Source: Promethearchaeota archaeon
GTDB taxonomy: Archaea; Asgardarchaeota; Thorarchaeia; Thorarchaeales; Thorarchaeaceae
Reading direction: 5' to 3'
NCBI GenBank assembly: GCA_027031765.1
Contig: JALVPN010000089.1
Coordinates: 1-11,727, forward strand
Length of the DNA stretch: 11,727 bases
Shown: one piece after another, positions 1-6,211 of the stretch
How positions within the stretch are numbered: the first letter of the stretch is position 1
How the letters are laid out: each line of letters begins with the position of its first letter
Notes under the pieces: model-generated
Database searches by the model: none
What the model saw: only the letters and a program-made list of their open reading frames with translations
Told to the model about the DNA's origin: nothing
Made by a program: the position numbers and the translations under genes

Positions 1-401
1 ATGTAGACCTCTTCGGGCCTGAGCACACTTATCCTCTTGACCTTCACCCGCTCCTTGATGCGTGGCACGAACGAGGCCTCAATCCAGCTCTTCACCTTTG
101 CCCTGGCCTGCTCGATGTCGTCGCCCTCTGCATTCACATCGACGCGGATGAACAGGTTGTATGGTTCCCTCTCAGTGACTTCCTGTTTGACTAGTGCCCA
201 GAACGCCTTTGAGCCGGCGGGGATGTCGACACGGCCCAGGATTTCACGCCACTGTCGTTCCCCAAGTTTTCGTGTGACCATTGACAGGTCTTTGAGTTCT
301 GGTAACTCCTTCAGTGCCTCGAAGACCGCCTCACCATCAGTGGTCATGTTAGGGTCTTCGAACTCAGCAATGAGATAGTGGTCGGCTCTGAAAACGGGCA
401 T
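1..401 (-). CDS. Hypothetical protein, 3'-truncated at window edge (133 codons visible)
   Basis: Translated by hand; not in the ORF track. ATG at 401 opens MPVFRADHYLIAEFEDPNMTTDGEAVFEALKELPELKDLSMVTRKLGERQWREILGRVDIPAGSKAFWALVKQEVTEREPYNLFIRVDVNAEGDDIEQARAKVKSWIEASFVPRIKERVKVKRISVLRPEEVY with no stop to the edge. Composition is protein-like, GGAGA lies about 8 nt upstream, and it is co-oriented 50 nt downstream of the phosphatidyltransferase. Confidence 0.85.
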   Translation of the reverse strand, partial: MPVFRADHYLIAEFEDPNMTTDGEAVFEALKELPELKDLSMVTRKLGERQWREILGRVDIPAGSKAFWALVKQEVTEREPYNLFIRVDVNAEGDDIEQARAKVKSWIEASFVPRIKERVKVKRISVLRPEEVY

Positions 402-451
402 CGGTCTGAGTCTCCAGTGATGCTTTGGCTGCGGCCTGTCGGGCACACCAC

Positions 452-1108
452 TTAAACGTGATGGTGTGTTTCACCAGCTGTGCCCGCTCCCCTCTCCTCT
501 CTCTCCATCTCTCTGATCTCACGTCCGTAGTGCCAGTAACGGTACCCTGCAGTGAGTACTCCAACCAATGTTACGACCACGAGCCCATGGCCGAGGAACC
601 CAAGGACGGACGCGACAACGAGCATGAACAGGCGTTCAGACCGTGCACCTGGGCCCACATCAAGGTCATGCGCCCCGAGGCTCTCAGCCCGTGCACGGAA
701 GTAGCTGGTGAGGAGCCATCCCGCGAGACATACCATGGCCCACATGTCCAGTGGCACCCCCAGCAGCGTCGTGTCACGATAGGCAAACGGTATTGCAATG
801 AGGACAATGGTCTCTGTGAGCTTGTCGATGGCCGAGTCCATGAAGGCCCCGTGCGGTGTTGACCTCCCAGTCAGTCTTGCGATGCTCCCATCAACACCGT
901 CCATGAACCCCATGATGAAGACGACCGTGCCGTAGGCCCATTGCACGTGCGTTGTTGTAAGCACTAGGAATGCAATCACTGAGAGGAGGAGTGTGGTGTA
1001 CGTAACAGTGTCTGGTCTGACGCCCGCTCGTGCCAGGAGTCGTGCAGTACTCCTCACCGGCCCTGCAAAGACGCGTCTGAGTCTGAACCTACTCGGTGAC
1101 ACTGCCAT
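452..1108 (-). CDS. CDP-alcohol phosphatidyltransferase family protein (archaetidylinositol-phosphate synthase-like), 218 aa
   Basis: Has the complete signature D-x2-DG-x2-AR-x8-G-x3-D-x3-D (MDGVDGSIARLTGRSTPHGAFMDSAIDK), the N-terminal 'PDTVT' motif, hydrophobic TM segments and 'RARAE...G..R.ER'. Start moved from TTG 1120 to ATG 1108, which follows GAGGAGG. Confidence 0.92.
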   Translation of the reverse strand: MAVSPSRFRLRRVFAGPVRSTARLLARAGVRPDTVTYTTLLLSVIAFLVLTTTHVQWAYGTVVFIMGFMDGVDGSIARLTGRSTPHGAFMDSAIDKLTETIVLIAIPFAYRDTTLLGVPLDMWAMVCLAGWLLTSYFRARAESLGAHDLDVGPGARSERLFMLVVASVLGFLGHGLVVVTLVGVLTAGYRYWHYGREIREMEREERGAGTAGETHHHV

Positions 1109-2123
1109 GTCCCTCCTCAACGATAGTGGTACCGGACACCACGGCCCCGTCCAGCCCCACTCCCGTCATTACGGTCGCACCGGCAAACACCACTGTCCGG
1201 CGGAGGTCGCACCTGTCCCCAATCCTGCACTGCGGGCCAATGCTCACGTCTGGCCCGACTGAGCAGCCTATCCCTATGCTCGACCCGGCCTGGATGAGCA
1301 CCGGCCCTTCTAGGGTCACCCCGCGGGAGAGCCTCACCTCGCGTGCTGCAGTCAGGTCTTCTCCCACCTCAACACGGTCACCTTGGGGGACATAGACATC
1401 CCCAACGGAGTGTGTGGTGCTGCTGCGCAGGACAAGTGCATTTGCGTCGAGGAGTGCTGTGACATCGTCAATGTCTGCCCAAGGGGCCTCTGACTGGTAG
1501 TAGCCCACGTTCTCACCGGCAGCAATTGCCCTGTTGAGGACTGCAACCACACTACTCTCTCCAGACAGGACTCCAGCAATGCACTGCTCCACAAAGCGCT
1601 CGTCCACTACGAGGGCCATCATCGAGACCCCGACCTCGCTGTTCCCTGTAATGGGCATTCCCACGCCCCCAAGCTTCCCGAGTTCATCCGCATACACCTT
1701 GGTGCCATGTCCGTGTGTGCTGACTGCAAGAGTGGCAGTCGTGTCTGGTGCGTGTGCCGACAACAAGCTGGCGATGTCGTCCGCCCCCACCACGAGATCT
1801 GCTGGTACCACTATGGACGTCCCCCCGCCTTCCAGCGCCTTGAGGGTACCGACCAGGGTGTGCAGTGGGCCGCGCTCGTAGTCCTCTACGTATATGACCT
1901 GGGCCTCTTGGTCAAACTCTTTCCGGACATAGTCCATGACCTCGCTGCTCCTCCAGCCAGTGCCCACACCAATCTCGTCGACTCCTGCCTGCACTAGGCA
2001 CTCGAGTAGCCTTGCTATGACCGGCACACCTGCTACTGGGAGCAGCGGCTTTGGGGTCTTCTCTGTAAGTGCTCCGAGCCGCTCGCCACGGCCCGCCGCA
2101 AGTACTATGCCCTTGCATCTCAT
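1089..2123 (-). CDS. Sugar-1-phosphate nucleotidyltransferase with C-terminal LbH hexapeptide repeats (MPG/GlmU-like NDP-sugar synthase), 344 aa
   Basis: N-terminal signature GIVLAAGRGERL...T...PKPLLPVAG, 'WADID' near the end of the NTase domain, and hexapeptide repeats (GPVLIQAGSSIGIGCSVGPDVSIGPQCRIGDRC). ATG 2123 has GGAGG upstream; the 104-codon extension in the ORF track overlaps tsaC and is not protein-like. Substrate cannot be assigned. Confidence 0.88.
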   Translation of the reverse strand: MRCKGIVLAAGRGERLGALTEKTPKPLLPVAGVPVIARLLECLVQAGVDEIGVGTGWRSSEVMDYVRKEFDQEAQVIYVEDYERGPLHTLVGTLKALEGGGTSIVVPADLVVGADDIASLLSAHAPDTTATLAVSTHGHGTKVYADELGKLGGVGMPITGNSEVGVSMMALVVDERFVEQCIAGVLSGESSVVAVLNRAIAAGENVGYYQSEAPWADIDDVTALLDANALVLRSSTTHSVGDVYVPQGDRVEVGEDLTAAREVRLSRGVTLEGPVLIQAGSSIGIGCSVGPDVSIGPQCRIGDRCDLRRTVVFAGATVMTGVGLDGAVVSGTTIVEEGHGSVTE

Positions 2124-2272
2124 CTGACCACATCCTCCGTGGCTGGTCAACTGCCATGCGTGAGGTGGCAGCCTGGTGGGCCCGTCACCTGTGTACAACA
2201 CGACTGCAGTGTGACACCGGCAGGCTGTTGCATCTCCTGACTGGCAGCCGACCATCCAACAATGCGCGAGTT

Positions 2273-2280
2273 CATATATG
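2273..2280. promoter_or_regulatory. Putative TATA box (palindromic CATATATG) in the divergent nucleotidyltransferase/tsaC intergenic region
   Basis: It is the most AT-rich run in a 188-nt GC-rich spacer and lies about 32 nt upstream of the inferred tsaC start. A BRE-like CGCAATCA flanks it on the minus strand. Confidence 0.4.
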
Positions 2281-2311
2281 TGATTGCGGACATAGTTCGC
2301 GGGTCTGTGCA

Positions 2312-2998
2312 GTGAGTGTTGAGACGACAAGTGTCCATGAGGTCGGTCTTGAAACGGCCGTAGAGCAGGCTGTCGCCGTCCTCCGTGAGGGCGGCCTTGT
2401 GGTCTATCCCACAGACACGAGCTACGGTCTTGCATGTGACCCCAGGCTGCCAGATGCCCTGTCGCGCCTCATCCATGCGAAACGCCGCGACCCGGGTGTT
2501 GGCGTCCCACTCCTGTTCCACGACTTCCGGCAGTGTGAGAGCTACCATGACTTCACAGCCCTTGAGCGGGCAATTGCGAGGCTGTTCTGGCCCGGTGCGC
2601 TGACCATGGTCGTGTCCACGAAGGCGCATATCCCCGACCAGGTGACGGGCGGGCGCCCATCGGTTGCCGTCCGCGTGCCTGACCACGACGTACCACGTGC
2701 CATCGCACGCGAACTCGGTGCCCCGATAGTTGGTACCAGTGCCAACATCAGTGGTGGCCCCAGTCCATTCGAGGTGTCTGTCGCTATCAGTCAGTTGCAG
2801 GACTCGGTGGATCTGTACATTGATGGCGGCCCGTCAAGTGTCAGGCAGAACTCAACGATTGTCGGCGTTGACCCGAATGGCGACATCCGTGTCTATCGCG
2901 AGGGCGTCCTGTCCATCAGCACTCTGGCTGCAAAGATCCGTGTGGACAACGATGCCTCCCTCCTGTGGACCGAGCGGTTTGTTGGTGCAGACATGTAG
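2312..2998 (+). CDS. tsaC: L-threonylcarbamoyladenylate synthase, single-domain TsaC/YrdC type, about 228 aa
   Basis: YrdC motifs VVYPTDTSYGL, KRR (KxR), FWPGALT, VAVRVPDH, GTSANISG, and STIV...REG. Start inferred at in-frame GTG 2312, downstream of a TATA-like CATATATG (2273-2280). Confidence 0.92.
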   Translation: MSVETTSVHEVGLETAVEQAVAVLREGGLVVYPTDTSYGLACDPRLPDALSRLIHAKRRDPGVGVPLLFHDFRQCESYHDFTALERAIARLFWPGALTMVVSTKAHIPDQVTGGRPSVAVRVPDHDVPRAIARELGAPIVGTSANISGGPSPFEVSVAISQLQDSVDLYIDGGPSSVRQNSTIVGVDPNGDIRVYREGVLSISTLAAKIRVDNDASLLWTERFVGADM

Positions 2999-3007
2999 GG
3001 CAGGGGT

Positions 3008-3550
3008 GTGGGTCTGCTGTTCAGGTACAACCTCCTCGTGGCCAGTCCCCGTGACCGTGAACGGGCTGCACGTGCTGAGGTCCAGTATTTTGTCGGAGAC
3101 CTCCTCGGGGATGCCCGTCTCCGCATTCACATCACCCGCATTCCCGGGCTGATTGCATGTCGCACTGGGATGGACCCCTTCGAGGTCGTGCGTGGCCTCA
3201 GGACTATGGCCGAGGAGAACCCGTACCAGTTCCGTTTTGCCATCCGTTTCACACCCCTTGAGCGTTGCGTCCCCTCAGACATCGAGTCAATCGTGGGGGC
3301 CGTCAGGGAACTGAGCACGAAGGTCAAGGAGGACGAGACGTTCCGTGTCACGGTGCGCCGCCGTCACACGAGCATTGACCACATGGAGGTCGTGCACGCG
3401 GCAGCCAAGGAGGTGGCTGCACGTGTCCAGCTCGACAGCCCCGACTGGACTGTCTGGATTGAGATTGTGGGCGAGTGGTCGGGCGTCTCGGTGCTCAGAC
3501 CGAAAGAGGACATCCTTGCAATAATGACCATGCGTGACGACATGTACTGA
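3008..3550 (+). CDS. Stand-alone THUMP-domain RNA-binding protein (archaeal COG1818/Tan1-like), 180 aa
   Basis: THUMP core TFRVTVRRR...AA..V...VQLDSPDWTVWIEIVG and the archaeal N-terminal pattern YNLLVAS...E...E...FAIRFTPLE. GTG start 9 nt after the tsaC stop. Confidence 0.88.
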   Translation: MGLLFRYNLLVASPRDRERAARAEVQYFVGDLLGDARLRIHITRIPGLIACRTGMDPFEVVRGLRTMAEENPYQFRFAIRFTPLERCVPSDIESIVGAVRELSTKVKEDETFRVTVRRRHTSIDHMEVVHAAAKEVAARVQLDSPDWTVWIEIVGEWSGVSVLRPKEDILAIMTMRDDMY

Positions 3551-3557
3551 CTACCGG

Positions 3558-4133
3558 TCATGACTCTATGAGCACACCTGTCACCCTGCCTGCAACACAT
3601 CGCGCGAGTGCGTCCTGTCTGTCCTCAAGCGCGTCCGACTCTGCTATCGCTGCCAGTTCCACCTCCGACACTCCGAAGTGCTCCATGATGCGTCTGAGGC
3701 CTATCTCGTCATGCACGAACGGCGGCTCCACCTCTCGGCCTATCCTCTCAATGACCCACTCCATGGTCGTCCTGACCTGCTCCTGAGTGTGTGCCACCAC
3801 CACCACTGCTACCCGCTCAATGCCATCATAGACACCAAGAGTATCAATCGCCCTGTGTATCTGGCGTTGACCGGACGCGCATACCAGTATCTCCGTGGCC
3901 AGTGACCGCGTGATCTGATAGCCCCCACGCCAGGCGTTGAGCGCATTCTGTGCTGCCGAGAGCAGGTGTTCAGGGCCCGCCACAAGGTCGCAGGCGAGTA
4001 GCTGTACTGCCTCGACACCCTCCGCCTCGGCTGCCATCTCCACCAGTGCAGTCGGCCCTAGACAATGTATGTTGGAGGCCTCTGCAATCCCAACGACTCG
4101 TCGGGGCATGCCAAAGAGTGGTTCTACTATCAT
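3558..4133 (-). CDS. cgi121: KEOPS complex subunit Cgi121, 191 aa
   Basis: Family pattern VQLL.CDLVAG.EHL..AA.NA..AW......RSLATEILVCASGQRQI.RAI..LGV. GGTGA/GGAG lies upstream of ATG 4133. Confidence 0.88.
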   Translation of the reverse strand: MIVEPLFGMPRRVVGIAEASNIHCLGPTALVEMAAEAEGVEAVQLLACDLVAGPEHLLSAAQNALNAWRGGYQITRSLATEILVCASGQRQIHRAIDTLGVYDGIERVAVVVVAHTQEQVRTTMEWVIERIGREVEPPFVHDEIGLRRIMEHFGVSEVELAAIAESDALEDRQDALARCVAGRVTGVLIES

Positions 4134-4165
4134 CTCCGGTCACCACTGTTGGGCAGAGATGGCTG

Positions 4166-4747
4166 TCAAAGCCTCTTGATGAAATAGTCTGCTACCGTGG
4201 GGTCGAACCCGACTTCGAAGACGAGCTTGTCCCGGATTTCGTCCAGCGCGAGTCCTAGGTTCTCGCGCCTGAACATTCTCACGAGCGCTATGATTGACTC
4301 CCTGTGCTCCCATGGGTATACCGTCCACCGGTCTGTCTTCACCATATAGTAGTCCGGGGTCACCCGTGATGTGGGCTTGAGGTGGAGCACCGCCGAGCGC
4401 ACCTCGCGTGCACCAAGGGCGCGCACATGCTCGATGGCGTGTGCCAGCGTGTCGCCTGTGTCTGCCACCTCGTCGACTATCAGGACTCTCTTTTCGGTCA
4501 TCGACCCTGTCACAGGCTGGACAATCTTGGGCTCCTTCCCACGTACCCCAACATCCGTATAGTACTCAATCCGCACGTTCATCATCTGGCTGGTATACAG
4601 GACATCCGAGAGTATCCTAGCTGGGATCCACCCACCGCGAGCTATGCCGACAATCAGGTCAGGACTATAGCCGCTGTCAACAATCAGCTCCGAGAGACGC
4701 AGCGTAAGGTTGTATATGTCGCCCCACGATAATATCTCATACTCCAT
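4166..4747 (-). CDS. Type I phosphoribosyltransferase, archaeal hypoxanthine/guanine/xanthine PRT-like (COG2236), 193 aa
   Basis: PDLIVGIARGGWIPARILSD, PRPP-binding loop VLIVDEVADTGDT, and C-terminal W..YPWE. Start moved to ATG 4747 (MEYEILSW), matching the family N-terminus. Confidence 0.9.
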   Translation of the reverse strand: MEYEILSWGDIYNLTLRLSELIVDSGYSPDLIVGIARGGWIPARILSDVLYTSQMMNVRIEYYTDVGVRGKEPKIVQPVTGSMTEKRVLIVDEVADTGDTLAHAIEHVRALGAREVRSAVLHLKPTSRVTPDYYMVKTDRWTVYPWEHRESIIALVRMFRRENLGLALDEIRDKLVFEVGFDPTVADYFIKRL

Positions 4748-4808
4748 TGCACTCGACCACGGAGTTCTCTGCCCCTCGCAGGGGGTGACCACATATTAAC
4801 CCACCCCT

Positions 4809-4842
4809 CATAGTGTGGCACTGTTGTGGGTCACACACTATG
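4809..4842. repeat. Perfect 9-bp inverted repeat CATAGTGTG-N16-CACACTATG upstream of hutI
   Basis: Read directly: arms at 4809-4817 and 4834-4842, flanked by CACCCC (4802-4807) and GGGGTG (4855-4860). Function unknown. Confidence 0.7.
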
Positions 4843-4905
4843 TGCCGTATCTTTGGGGTGTGATGTCCCGCAAGGTAAATCAGGTACCACGCACATGCCC
4901 TCCCT

Positions 4906-6174
4906 ATGGAACGACCAGACCTCCTCCTGACAGACATCGGCCAGATTGCCACCCTTGCAGGCCACTCGGGATGTCCGAAGACCGGCGAGGAGATGATGGA
5001 GCTGGGAGTCATCGAGGACGGTGCCATTGCCATCCGGGACGGCCGGGTCATTGCAGTGGGCCCGTCACGTGACGTGTTGTCAGAGGTCGAGGACCCGGAC
5101 GGCACGCCAACACTGTCGTTCCCGGGCATGCTCGCCATCCCGGGCTTTGTCGACAGTCACACACACCTCGTCTTTGCCGGCTCCCGCGAGCACGACTTCG
5201 CAATGAAGCTCGAAGGAAAGACGTACATGGAAATCCTGAAGGCCGGCGGTGGCATCCTCAATACGCTCAGGGCAACGCGGGCCGCATCGCGCAGGGGGCT
5301 GTGCACCAACGCCTTCTCCACTACCGAGAGGATGCTCGCGTGTGGCACGACAACTGCGGAGGCCAAGAGCGGATACGGCCTCGACACAGAGAATGAGATG
5401 AAAATCCTCCAGGCAATTGCTGACCTGCGCAACATGGTTCCAATGACAATCCCTGCCACTTTTCTCGGTGCCCATGCCGTCCCACCAGAGTACACAGGCC
5501 GACCGGATGACTACGTCGACCTGCTGGTCAACGAGATGATCCCCCGTGTGGGTGAGAGTGGTCTTGCGGAGTTCTGTGATGTCTTCTGCGAGGATGGTGT
5601 CTTTGACATCGACCAGTCGCGGGCAGTCCTGCGTGCCGGGCGTGCGGCCGGGATGGAGCTGAAGATCCACGCTGACGAAATAGTGTCACTTGGTGGCGCA
5701 GAACTTGCTGCTGAGATGGGTGCTGTGTCTGCTGACCACCTCCTAATGGCCTCGGATGACGGTCTTGAGGCCATGCGGCGTGCTGGGACTGTCGCCACGT
5801 TGCTGCCTGCCACCGCCTTCAGCCTTGACACGGAGTATGCCGATGCCCGTAAGATGATTGACATGGGGCTACCAGTGGCCCTGGCCACAGACTTCAACCC
5901 GAACTGCTGCAACGAGTCAATGTTCTTCACTCTGGCCTTGGCCTGCTACAAGATGAAGATGCACCCACGTGAGGCCCTGTCGGCCGCGACAATCAATGGT
6001 GCGCATGCCCTTGCCCGTGGTCACGAGGTCGGGAGTATCGAGCCGGGCAAGCGTGCCGACATTGTCATCCTCGAGTGTCCAAACCCCGAGTACATAAGCT
6101 ACCGTTTCGGCGTCAACCTGGTCCACACTGTTGTCCTCAATGGCACTGTGGTCCACACTCGCCTCGGCCCTTGA
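4906..6174 (+). CDS. hutI: Imidazolonepropionase, 422 aa
   Basis: PGFVDSHTHLVFAGSREHDF, GTTTAEAKSGYGL, FLGAHAVP, FCDVFCE, KIHADEI, SADHL, ALATDFNP, AATINGA and GSIEPGKRAD. Confidence 0.96.
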   Translation: MERPDLLLTDIGQIATLAGHSGCPKTGEEMMELGVIEDGAIAIRDGRVIAVGPSRDVLSEVEDPDGTPTLSFPGMLAIPGFVDSHTHLVFAGSREHDFAMKLEGKTYMEILKAGGGILNTLRATRAASRRGLCTNAFSTTERMLACGTTTAEAKSGYGLDTENEMKILQAIADLRNMVPMTIPATFLGAHAVPPEYTGRPDDYVDLLVNEMIPRVGESGLAEFCDVFCEDGVFDIDQSRAVLRAGRAAGMELKIHADEIVSLGGAELAAEMGAVSADHLLMASDDGLEAMRRAGTVATLLPATAFSLDTEYADARKMIDMGLPVALATDFNPNCCNESMFFTLALACYKMKMHPREALSAATINGAHALARGHEVGSIEPGKRADIVILECPNPEYISYRFGVNLVHTVVLNGTVVHTRLGP

Positions 6175-6211
6175 CCGTTATCATTGACCGGCCCGGAGAG
6201 CCACTGCCCGT

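Noticed and set aside
486-520. CT-rich microsatellite-like tract
   Set aside because: It is the reverse complement of the charged C-terminal tail (EIREMEREERG) of the phosphatidyltransferase, so it is explained by coding.
2069-2311. N-terminal extension of tsaC in the ORF track
   Set aside because: It overlaps the divergent gene and promoter region; YrdC homology begins only after about 2312.
2124-2435. 104-codon N-terminal extension of the nucleotidyltransferase in the ORF track
   Set aside because: It overlaps tsaC antisense and is not protein-like. The family signature begins right after ATG 2123, which has a good SD.
6171-6190. Direct repeat TTGACCG (6171-6177, 6184-6190) at the hutI stop
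   Set aside because: Seven bp is too short to support a target-site duplication or insertion scar.
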